A stretch of 64,000 nt of DNA from Bacteroidales bacterium (GTDB lineage: Bacteria > Bacteroidota > Bacteroidia > Bacteroidales > ML635J-15): positions 11,470 through 75,469 of the forward strand of contig JAQVOR010000001.1 in assembly GCA_028702535.1 (NCBI GenBank). Direction: 5' to 3'. Within the stretch, counting starts at the first letter, position 1, and each line of letters begins with the position of its first letter. A program made the position numbers and the translations under genes. Shown here piece by piece: positions 28,255 to 36,725 of this stretch. A model generated the notes under the pieces. That model ran no database searches, had not been told where the DNA came from, and saw nothing but the letters and a program-made list of their open reading frames with translations.

Positions 28255-29613
28255 TTAATTAATTATCAATTGATCGGCAAACTTTACAAAATCTATTCCA
28301 TTAAAATTGCCACTACTCATCATTAAAAGGTTTGTGTTACTAAAATTTTGCTCCGTAAGGAAGTTTTTAAGTTTTTTTGTATCGGTAAACACGATTGTCT
28401 CTCTACCAAAGGATTCTTCGACAAATTTTTCTTCTATTTCGGGCAATTTTTTATGTTTCAGCACATCGTGATTGTAATATACAATTGCTATATCTGCATT
28501 TTTCATACAATTTTTATACTGAGGGATAAAGTTTTTTTGGAGGCTCGAAAATGTATGTAATTCAATGCAGGCTATAAGTTTTCGTTGTGGGTATTTTTGC
28601 TTCAAAGCATTAATTGTTGCTTTTAATTTTGACGGTGCATGTGCAAAATCAATATAAAAACTGGTATTATCTGTTTCTTTGATTAGCTGAAGCCTTTTTG
28701 CCGCTCCTTCGAAGTTGTGAATAGTTTCCCAAAACTGTGTTTCGCTTACTCCAGCTTCGATACATGCCAAACGTGCTGCATTTATATTTTGCATATTATG
28801 GTCGCCAAAAACACTCATTTTGTAAATTTTATTTTCAAATTTCACACAAACTTGCGAGTTTTCATCAGTAAAGTATTCGTATTTATTGTATGAATTAGAT
28901 ATAATTTTATCATTTTTATTTGCAATTTTCTTTAAATATTCGTCTTCCTCGAACCAGAAAAGTTTCCCCTTATCTTCTATTTTATTGATAAAAATCTCAA
29001 ATTGTTTAACATAATTGTCAAATGTCGGAAAAACGTTAATGTGATCCCAAGCTATGCCAGTCAAAATAGCAATATGTGGTTTGTACCAGTGAAATTTTGG
29101 TGTAAGATCAATAGGTGATGATAAATATTCATCTCCTTCGATGACTGCAATTTTATTATTTTCTTCGAGTTGAACCATAGTTTCAAAGCTTTTAATATTG
29201 GCTCCAACCATATAATCAAATTTTACATCTGTGCTTTTAAGAACATGCATTATCATTGATGTAATTGTAGTTTTTCCATGACTGCCCCCAACTACAATTC
29301 GTTTTTTATTTTTTGTTTGCTCGTAGAGATATTCAGGATAAGAATATATTTGAAGTTTGAGTTCTTGTGCTCGTAAAAGTTCGGGATTATCTTTTCGGGC
29401 ATGCATTCCCAAAATAATTACATCAATTTTATCATTTATGTTTTCGGGAAACCAGCCAAATTCTTTTGGTAATAAATTATATTTATCAAGTCTTGATTTT
29501 GATGGTTCAAATATCTCATCATCTGAGCCAGTAATAATGCACCCTTTTTTGTAAAGTGCAATTGCCAAATTGTGCATTGCAGCACCTCCGATAGCTATAA
29601 AATGTATTTTCAT
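28255..29613 (-). CDS. mpl: Mur-ligase family protein, Mpl-like (UDP-MurNAc:tripeptide ligase)
   Basis: 452-aa ORF: MKIHFIAIGGAAMHNLA... plus GSHGKTTITSM. It is a second MurC-like paralogue outside the dcw cluster, which holds the true murC. Confidence 0.7.
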   Translation of the reverse strand: MKIHFIAIGGAAMHNLAIALYKKGCIITGSDDEIFEPSKSRLDKYNLLPKEFGWFPENINDKIDVIILGMHARKDNPELLRAQELKLQIYSYPEYLYEQTKNKKRIVVGGSHGKTTITSMIMHVLKSTDVKFDYMVGANIKSFETMVQLEENNKIAVIEGDEYLSSPIDLTPKFHWYKPHIAILTGIAWDHINVFPTFDNYVKQFEIFINKIEDKGKLFWFEEDEYLKKIANKNDKIISNSYNKYEYFTDENSQVCVKFENKIYKMSVFGDHNMQNINAARLACIEAGVSETQFWETIHNFEGAAKRLQLIKETDNTSFYIDFAHAPSKLKATINALKQKYPQRKLIACIELHTFSSLQKNFIPQYKNCMKNADIAIVYYNHDVLKHKKLPEIEEKFVEESFGRETIVFTDTKKLKNFLTEQNFSNTNLLMMSSGNFNGIDFVKFADQLIIN

Positions 29614-29696
29614 TATTACGTACTTTAAGTGTTTAGAGTTGAATCGAGTGATATAAAAAACAGCTGAATCTTAGGGATTGTAAAACAATAAACTAG

Positions 29697-29736
29697 CTTC
29701 ATCAATTCTGCATACTTTATTATTTGACAAACCCTT
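29697..29736 (-). repeat. Dispersed ~40-nt element, copy B (inverted)
   Basis: The reverse complement reads AAGGGTTTGTCAAATAATAAAGTATGCAGAATTGATGAAG. It begins 12 nt downstream of the gmhA stop and ends 84 nt upstream of the mpl start. Confidence 0.85.
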
Positions 29737-29747
29737 AACTCCGAATC

Positions 29748-30317
29748 TTAATCATTTATGTTGCTCTCAATATAATCAATCAAACTATGAATAACTTTTA
29801 TATGAATTTCTTGGACTCTGTCGGAGTATTTTGATTTTGGTGCTCGAATTTCTACATCTGCAAGTTCTTTAATTTTTCCGCCATCATTACCAGTAAGAGC
29901 AATGATTTTAAGACCTTTTTCTTTAGCAGTTTTCGCAGCTTCAACTACATTAGCTGAGTTTCCGCTTGTACTGATTGCTAATAGAATATCTCCTTTATTT
30001 CCAAGAGCTTCGATATATCTCGAAAAAATCAAATCAAATCCAAAATCGTTTGCAGTGCAAGTAATATGGGAAGGGTCGCTTATGGCAATTGCTGGAATAG
30101 CTCGACGTTTCTCACGAAAATTCCCTGTAAGCTCTTCGGCAAAATGCATGGCATCGCTCATTGAACCACCGTTGCCGCAACTAATAACCTTTCCACCATT
30201 TTTAATAGAGCTTACAATTAGTTGTCCTGCTTGTTCAATTTTTTCAAAATTGTCCTTGTTTTGAATAAACTCGTCAAGAGTTTTTTTTGCTTCGATAAAA
30301 TGTTGGCTGATGTCCAT
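29748..30317 (-). CDS. gmhA: D-sedoheptulose-7-phosphate isomerase (SIS domain)
   Basis: The ATG at 30317 gives [12 protein letters not shown]... with [16 protein letters not shown] and AISTSGNS. The track start at 30332 is a TTG lying inside the predicted -7 box. Confidence 0.8.
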   Translation of the reverse strand: MDISQHFIEAKKTLDEFIQNKDNFEKIEQAGQLIVSSIKNGGKVISCGNGGSMSDAMHFAEELTGNFREKRRAIPAIAISDPSHITCTANDFGFDLIFSRYIEALGNKGDILLAISTSGNSANVVEAAKTAKEKGLKIIALTGNDGGKIKELADVEIRAPKSKYSDRVQEIHIKVIHSLIDYIESNIND

Positions 30318-30329
30318 TTTGTTTTTTTT

Positions 30330-30360
30330 CAAAAATACACTTTAGTTTTTTAGTATCAAA
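30330..30360 (-). promoter_or_regulatory. Candidate Bacteroidota-type promoter for gmhA (TTTG-N19-TATTTTTG)
   Basis: On the minus strand, TTTG (30360-30357) is followed by a 19-nt spacer and TATTTTTG (30337-30330). The box ends 12 nt upstream of the gmhA ATG. Confidence 0.4.
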
Positions 30361-30427
30361 AAATAATTAAAAATCTGCAATAATTTTTATTACGGCAAAA
30401 TGAACAAAAACTAAAACCCAAATACTA

Positions 30428-30466
30428 TGAGTTTGTCAAATAATAAAGTATTCAGAATTGACGAAG
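30428..30466 (+). repeat. Dispersed ~40-nt element, copy C (direct)
   Basis: Sequence ATGAGTTTGTCAAATAATAAAGTATTCAGAATTGACGAAG, in the gmhA-rpiB intergenic region. It is inverted relative to copy B. Confidence 0.85.
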
Positions 30467-30541
30467 CTCTTTTGTTAAATTTGTCGTTAACACAACCAAC
30501 AATTGGAATTATGGCAATGCTCACTATGAAAAAAAATATAC

Positions 30542-30976
30542 CTACCCAATTGGTATTTTATTTATTCTATTAATATGTCTTCCACCTTCGAAATCTGTAC
30601 TCAAAAATATCTTAACGATTTCTTTTGCCAATTCTTCGGAAATAAATCTTGCAGGTAAAGCACAAATATTTGCATTATTATGTAATCGAGCAAGCTCCGA
30701 TATTTCTTTATTCCAGCATAAAGCAGATCTTATGCCCTGATGCTTATTTACCGTCATATTTATACCGTTTCCACTTCCGCAAATAGAAATACCATAATCA
30801 CAATCTTTATTTTCGATAGCATTTGCAAGTGGATGAGCAAAATCGGGATAATCGCAACTATCAAGAGACCAAGTTCCAAAGTCCTTGATTTGATATCCAA
30901 GAGTTGTTACAAACTCAATAAGTTTATTTTTGAGTATAAATCCAGCGTGGTCGCAAGCAAATCCAATTGTTTTCAT
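30542..30976 (-). CDS. rpiB: Ribose-5-phosphate isomerase B
   Basis: 144-aa ORF: MKTIGFACDHAGF...CGSGNGINMTVNKH..., the RpiB/LacAB family. Confidence 0.85.
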   Translation of the reverse strand: MKTIGFACDHAGFILKNKLIEFVTTLGYQIKDFGTWSLDSCDYPDFAHPLANAIENKDCDYGISICGSGNGINMTVNKHQGIRSALCWNKEISELARLHNNANICALPARFISEELAKEIVKIFLSTDFEGGRHINRINKIPIG

Positions 30977-31008
30977 AATATTTAGTGTTTCTACAAATGT
31001 ATAAAAGA

Positions 31009-32115
31009 TTATTTTTTTGGCGTTCTTTTTTTAAGTTTTATTTTTTTGAAATTTTTATTTACCCATGCTGGAGCAAGAAAAACTCCAATAAATAAGTATG
31101 GATAATAAGTAAGCATTCGCCAGACAAGTGCCATTATTACAACAAAACCTGTAACTGGAACAAATTCTACCATATATGAATTAAATATTGTTTCTACAAA
31201 GCCACTACCACCTGGTGTTGGCATAATCAACATCATTATCCACATAACTAATTGTTTGGCAAAAATTAAAAAGTGGTCATGCATGCTTAAAAACTGTACA
31301 TACATATCATATTTTAAAGAATAATATAATGCAATCAACAAGAAATTAAGCACCCAATATCTTGAAGTCCATGAAATAAAACTTGTAAAAAAGGCTTTTA
31401 ACCAAAACTTAAAATTCTTAGTTTTTAATTCTCGGTTGGATATTTCAAAATTGATGGTCATTTTGTTAGCTAAGGCTTTCCATTTTTTAAGGAATTTAAG
31501 TTTAAAAATCCCTGTTATAATGGATGCAATAAATTTTGGATTGATAAAAATCGAATATCCCATTAGAATAGTCCAGAATAATTTTACGCCATATCCTATT
31601 AAGGCAAAAATTAGAAATTGATTTGCAATTGCTGATGAACCAACTACATGAAAAAGCTCTGCTCTACTAAAAACGATAAAAATCAACGGAAACATTAGGC
31701 TAAAATACAATTCATCAAGAAAAGAAGTTGCAACAACAATCGATGTGCTTTTTCCTAAGGAGAGACCTTCTTTCCAAATAAATAAAGTAGCAATAGCAGT
31801 CCCTCCAACCGCAGAAGGTGTAATTGCCGATCCAAATTCCCACAACAATATTATTCGTAAACATTTGAGCCAGCTTAGTTCATTAGACGACAAAATTCTC
31901 AAACGCACTATATATCCCACATCCCTCAAAACCATCATTAGTACTGCAAAACCAATAAATAAAAGAGAGTAATATGAAAAGTCAAAATCCGAAAATTCTA
32001 TTTTATGAAAATCTCTATATATAAACCAACCAACAATTCCCAATCCTAAGAATACCGGCAAAATAACTTTGCGTGGTCTTATTTTATTAATATTGTCAGT
32101 AAGTGTTTTATTCAT
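31009..32115 (-). CDS. Flippase-like / lysylphosphatidylglycerol-synthase-TM-region family membrane protein
   Basis: 368-aa polytopic membrane ORF with the ...PTPGGSGFVE... motif typical of the UPF0104 (LPG_synthase_TM) family. Confidence 0.6.
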   Translation of the reverse strand: MNKTLTDNINKIRPRKVILPVFLGLGIVGWFIYRDFHKIEFSDFDFSYYSLLFIGFAVLMMVLRDVGYIVRLRILSSNELSWLKCLRIILLWEFGSAITPSAVGGTAIATLFIWKEGLSLGKSTSIVVATSFLDELYFSLMFPLIFIVFSRAELFHVVGSSAIANQFLIFALIGYGVKLFWTILMGYSIFINPKFIASIITGIFKLKFLKKWKALANKMTINFEISNRELKTKNFKFWLKAFFTSFISWTSRYWVLNFLLIALYYSLKYDMYVQFLSMHDHFLIFAKQLVMWIMMLIMPTPGGSGFVETIFNSYMVEFVPVTGFVVIMALVWRMLTYYPYLFIGVFLAPAWVNKNFKKIKLKKRTPKK

Positions 32116-32201
32116 AAATACAAAATAAGTGTATTATTTGTATAAAATCTTATTATTGACGTTAAAATTTCTTATTTTTAACCCGAATTTTAAATTAGTT
32201 T

Positions 32202-32951
32202 ATGGACTTTATTGCAATAATACCTGCACGATACGCTTCTACACGGTTTCCGGGCAAACCACTTATAAACATTAACGGCAAAACGATGATTCATACTGTT
32301 TACGTACAGGCAAAAAAAGTATTTTCGGAGGTATATGTTGCAACTGATGACGAAAGAATTTTAGTGGAAGTGCAAAGGTTTGGTGGCAAGGTTGTTATGA
32401 CAAAAAAGAAACATAAAAGCGGAACTGATAGATGTGCAGAAGCTATAGATAAAATTGAGTTACTTGAAAACAAAACCTATGATGTGGTAATTAATATACA
32501 AGGAGATGAACCATTTATTAAAACAGAACAGCTTAACGAAATTAAATTATGTTTTAAATTAAAGAAAACTCAAATTGCTACTCTTGTAAAACCAATAAAT
32601 AATAAAGATGACATTTTTAATCCTCACAAACCAAAAGTTGTAATTTCAAAAAATAATGAGGCAATTTATTTTTCTAGATCGCCTATACCCTATCTTCGTG
32701 GACATAAAAACACAAACTGGGTTTCAAAGCACCTATTTTATAAACATATTGGGCTTTATGGCTATCGTAAAGATATTTTAAAAGCTATTACTGAGCTACC
32801 TCAGTCTCCATTAGAAATTGCAGAAAGTCTCGAACAATTGCGCTGGCTCGAAAATGGATACAAAATCAAAATTGGTTTTACAGAACACGAAAGTATTAGT
32901 ATTGATACTCCCCGTGATATAGAAAAAATAAGACAAATAGGATTATTATAA
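32202..32951 (+). CDS. kdsB: 3-deoxy-manno-octulosonate cytidylyltransferase (CMP-Kdo synthetase)
   Basis: 249-aa ORF: IIPARYASTRFPGKPL ... NIQGDEP ... LEQLRWLENG. Confidence 0.9.
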   Translation: MDFIAIIPARYASTRFPGKPLININGKTMIHTVYVQAKKVFSEVYVATDDERILVEVQRFGGKVVMTKKKHKSGTDRCAEAIDKIELLENKTYDVVINIQGDEPFIKTEQLNEIKLCFKLKKTQIATLVKPINNKDDIFNPHKPKVVISKNNEAIYFSRSPIPYLRGHKNTNWVSKHLFYKHIGLYGYRKDILKAITELPQSPLEIAESLEQLRWLENGYKIKIGFTEHESISIDTPRDIEKIRQIGLL

Positions 32952-34099
32952 TGAATATTGCAGTAAACACCAGATTATTACTAAAAAACAAACTCGAAGG
33001 CATTGGTTGGTTCAGTTTTGAGACTTTACGCCGTATTGCCGAAAACCATCCTGAGCATACTTTTTATTATATTTTTGACCGCAAATATGATGAATCATTT
33101 ATAAGCTCAGATAATATTATTCCTGTTGTCGCTGGTTTACCTACTCGACACCCTTTTTTATGGTTTTTATGGTTCGAATTCACTATTCCACAAGTTCTTA
33201 GAAAAATAAAAGCCGATATTTTCGTTTCTCCTGATGGAATGTTGTCGTTAAGAACACAAATCCCACAAATTACAGTTATTCACGACATTAACTTTCATCA
33301 TAATCCACATCAATTACCATTTTGGGTTAGAAAATACAATAATTATTTTTACAAGCGATTTGCTAAAAAAGCTACTCAAATTGGGACAGTTTCAGAATAT
33401 TCAAAATCGGATATTTCGGAAACCTACAACATAAATCCAAACAAAATTGATGTCTTTTATAATGGTTCAAATAGTGCTTATACGCCATTAAATGAAAAGG
33501 AAAAGGAAGCTATTAAAACCAAATACACAAATTCGTGTGAATATTTTGTTTTTATTGGAGCTTTAAATCCGCGTAAAAACATTCCAGGACTTCTAAAATC
33601 TTATGAGATATTTAAAAACTCTGGCAATTACGACCATAAACTTATTATTATAGGATCTGCCATGCATCTTACGGGAGAAATAGACGACACACTTAACAAG
33701 ATGAAACATAAGCTTGATGTAATATTTACAGGAAGATTAGAGTTGGAAGAATTGCATCTTGTACTTGGTGGTGCTTTGGCACTTGTTTTTATTCCATTTT
33801 TTGAGGGGTTTGGAATTCCATTAGTCGAAGCCATGTATGCAGAAATAGCAATCGTCTCAGGTGACACAACTTCTTTGCCCGAAGTTGCAGGCGATGCAGC
33901 CCTAAGTTGTTCGCCACACGACCACAAAAAAGTGGCAGAAAACATGGAGCTAATTGCAAACGACGAAAATTTAAGGCAAAACCTAATTGCACAAGGAAGA
34001 ATACAAAGAGAAAAATTCTCGTGGGATAAATCTGCTGAGCGTTTTTGGACTTGTATCAAAAAAGTAATTAATGAGGTACAAATCAATAAAAATGCTTAA
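32951..34099 (+). CDS. Glycosyltransferase family 4 (GT-B fold)
   Basis: 382-aa ORF with a C-terminal EGFGIPLVEAM motif. The start overlaps the kdsB stop (TAATG). Confidence 0.75.
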   Translation: MNIAVNTRLLLKNKLEGIGWFSFETLRRIAENHPEHTFYYIFDRKYDESFISSDNIIPVVAGLPTRHPFLWFLWFEFTIPQVLRKIKADIFVSPDGMLSLRTQIPQITVIHDINFHHNPHQLPFWVRKYNNYFYKRFAKKATQIGTVSEYSKSDISETYNINPNKIDVFYNGSNSAYTPLNEKEKEAIKTKYTNSCEYFVFIGALNPRKNIPGLLKSYEIFKNSGNYDHKLIIIGSAMHLTGEIDDTLNKMKHKLDVIFTGRLELEELHLVLGGALALVFIPFFEGFGIPLVEAMYAEIAIVSGDTTSLPEVAGDAALSCSPHDHKKVAENMELIANDENLRQNLIAQGRIQREKFSWDKSAERFWTCIKKVINEVQINKNA

Positions 34100-34688
34100 A
34101 AGCGAATACAATTCAAAAATATTGGAAGCCGGTTGCGATGAAGCAGGAAGAGGATGTCTGTCAGGTCCAGTTTATGCAGCAGCAGTAATTTTACCAAAAA
34201 ATTATCAAAATAAGATTTTAAACGACTCTAAACAAATCAACGAAAAAACTCGATATCAATTACGTGAGCAAATCGAAAAAGATGCTTTAGCTTATGCCGT
34301 AGGAGTTGTTGACAATATCGAAATTGACAAAATCAATATTTTAAATGCCTCTTTTCTTGCCATGCACCGTGCAATTGACAAATTAAATATCAAACCTGAG
34401 TTCTTATTAATAGACGGAAATCGATTTAATCCATATAAAGATATAAAACATGCCTGCATAATAAAGGGCGATGCGATATATATGTCAATAGCTGCGGCGT
34501 CAATACTTGCAAAAACTTATCGTGACGATTATATGCATAAAATTCATGAAGAGTTCTCAAATTATGATTGGCACAAAAACAAAGGGTATCCAACTAAATC
34601 ACACCGTGAGGCCATAGCACAATACGGAATTACAAAATACCACAGACTAAGCTATCGACTAACAGACAATCAGTTAAAGCTGTTTTAG
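34092..34688 (+). CDS. rnhB: Ribonuclease HII
   Basis: The ATG at 34092 gives MLKSEYNSKILEAGCDEAGRGCLSGPV... (DEAGRG active site). The gene overlaps the GT4 stop by 8 nt. Confidence 0.85.
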   Translation: MLKSEYNSKILEAGCDEAGRGCLSGPVYAAAVILPKNYQNKILNDSKQINEKTRYQLREQIEKDALAYAVGVVDNIEIDKINILNASFLAMHRAIDKLNIKPEFLLIDGNRFNPYKDIKHACIIKGDAIYMSIAAASILAKTYRDDYMHKIHEEFSNYDWHKNKGYPTKSHREAIAQYGITKYHRLSYRLTDNQLKLF

Positions 34689-34751
34689 GGTTGAATAGAT
34701 AATATCAAAATGATACCAAATTAGTATAACTAATTTCCCCAAGTATCCAAT

Positions 34752-34795
34752 AAAAAAACGCTGTAATTCTAAAACTACAGCGTTAATTTATTTTT
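34752..34795. terminator. Probable bidirectional terminator between rnhB and the convergent membrane-protein gene
   Basis: ACGCTGTA (34758-65), a 10-nt loop, TACAGCGT (34776-83). An A-run precedes the hairpin and a T-rich tract follows it. Confidence 0.6.
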
Positions 34796-34806
34796 ATAAT
34801 CAGATT

Positions 34807-35457
34807 TTATTTTCTAAGAAAGTCAACAACAAGCTTATAAATTGCAGAAACTAAATACATTCCAACAATATTTATAAACGCTACAAATATGCTAAGTATC
34901 ATAACAAAGAAACCTACTTGGAAGAGTTGAGAAAAATACTCTTTAAAAGTATCTACACCAAGACCCGAAAAAGTACCTGGGATATCAACAAAGCTAAGCG
35001 ATGAAATGATTCCGACAAGCCCATCCATTGGGAAAAATGGTATAGCCACCAATGCAGTTGAAAACAATGTAATTAAACCAATTGCAAGAGGAATAATTGC
35101 ACCAATTACACCAATAGTTTTAAAAACACCTGGCATAATGTCAACTAGATTTGTTGTTGGGTCATTTAAAATAAGCTTTGCTCTATTATACAAAGCACCA
35201 ATAATAAATAAATAGGTTGCAACAGCAATAATCAAACACAATACAAATAGAATCAAATGTCTGATAATTGGAAATGCATCCATATTAAAAACGACATCGA
35301 AATAATTAACAGCGACAGAAATAACGCTATAAACGCCATACGCAGCAATGATAGCAGCAGCAAGCAAAAACATCAGCCTAAATGTCTTTTTGAAAAAGTT
35401 TTCACGTTCAATGATTTCTGCTGGCTTAGAAGTAAATAATCCTAATAATTTTTCCAT
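34807..35457 (-). CDS. Hypothetical polytopic membrane protein
   Basis: The ORF, with its probable start at MEKLLGLF (35457), has about five hydrophobic helices. I do not recognise a family. Confidence 0.5.
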   Translation of the reverse strand: MEKLLGLFTSKPAEIIERENFFKKTFRLMFLLAAAIIAAYGVYSVISVAVNYFDVVFNMDAFPIIRHLILFVLCLIIAVATYLFIIGALYNRAKLILNDPTTNLVDIMPGVFKTIGVIGAIIPLAIGLITLFSTALVAIPFFPMDGLVGIISSLSFVDIPGTFSGLGVDTFKEYFSQLFQVGFFVMILSIFVAFINIVGMYLVSAIYKLVVDFLRK

Positions 35458-35810
35458 AATTTTAAGTTTTAATATTGATTGTTTATACAAAGATACTAAA
35501 AAAATATTTATATCAAATTATGAATGATGTTTTTTTTATTCTAAGACTTATTGCAAAATACTCTAATCACAATTTTACTATTATCCTGATAAAAATCGAA
35601 CATTAAATTATACGGTAGTGAAAACTCTCAAAAACCTTATCGGACAGTAATGATATCAATAAGTACTGTGCATTTCTTTTACATTTTCTGATAGGTATAT
35701 TTTACCCCTACTTAAAAACCATTTAAAAATTGGGTAAAATATTTCAAATAATTTTCATGTTTTAATTTCTTCTGATTATATTTGCTACATTATCAACTAA
35801 ATTAAAAAAA

Positions 35811-36635
35811 ATGAAAAAATCATTCGGTATTTTTATGGTATTTGCGTCTTTGATTGTTTTATGGTCGTGTAATCCTGAACAAAAGACAAATGTAATTGAA
35901 GAAGAAAAAATAGTAAGTGAGACATCTGAATATCTGTTAAATGCAACATTATGGGTGCAACAATCAGCCGAGTTTCAGGCATGTTGTTATCAGGCATTTA
36001 ATCATGCAAAACTTGCCCTTGACGTAAGGATGAACCTTGCTCCTCTCGACAAACCTTTGGCCGTTGTTTTGGACATTGATGAGACTTTATTGGACAACTC
36101 TTATTTTGAGGCAAATTTGATTGAGACCAACACCTCTTACACGACAGAAAACTGGAAAGAATGGTCAGACAAAGAATGTGCAACAGCTATTCCAGGAGCG
36201 ATAGAATTTTTAAATTATGTGGAAACCAAAGGAGTTGAAATAATTTACATATCCAACCGCTGCGAAAATGAGCTTGAAGCAAGTATCGTAAACATGGAGA
36301 AAGTTGGTTTCCCAGCAGTTCCAAAAGAAAATTATCTATTTAGAACTGACGAAAGCAGTAAAAACAATCGCCGTGCAATGGTAAATGAAACATACAACAT
36401 CATACTATTAGTTGGTGACAATCTTAACGATTTTGACGGTGTTTTTGAAGATAGAGTACAAAATATGGGCAAAAATATAGTGCAAACAAATAAAGATAAA
36501 TTTGGCATAGAATATATTATTCTACCCAACCCAATGTATGGTAAATGGGAGCAATCTTTACCAAATGATACAGCGAAAACTGCTACCCAAAATAGAATTA
36601 ATAATGTTATCGGTTATAGTGAAATTTGTAACTAA
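35811..36635 (+). CDS. Lipoprotein e(P4)-family 5-prime-nucleotidase / class C acid phosphatase (HAD)
   Basis: 274-aa ORF with a lipoprotein signal (LIVLWSC) and the bipartite DDDD motifs (LDIDETLLDN and GDNLNDF). Confidence 0.8.
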   Translation: MKKSFGIFMVFASLIVLWSCNPEQKTNVIEEEKIVSETSEYLLNATLWVQQSAEFQACCYQAFNHAKLALDVRMNLAPLDKPLAVVLDIDETLLDNSYFEANLIETNTSYTTENWKEWSDKECATAIPGAIEFLNYVETKGVEIIYISNRCENELEASIVNMEKVGFPAVPKENYLFRTDESSKNNRRAMVNETYNIILLVGDNLNDFDGVFEDRVQNMGKNIVQTNKDKFGIEYIILPNPMYGKWEQSLPNDTAKTATQNRINNVIGYSEICN

Positions 36636-36725
36636 TAAGTTAATATTCTGTTAATAACATCTTTTTGTATTAAAACAAATTATATCTTAGCGGTATTAAT
36701 TTATTAACTAAATACAAATCTACTT

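Noticed and set aside
33628-34086. 152-aa and 67-aa ORFs antisense to the GT4 glycosyltransferase gene
   Set aside because: They lie opposite a gene with a clear GT4 motif, and the translations have no start context or domain features.
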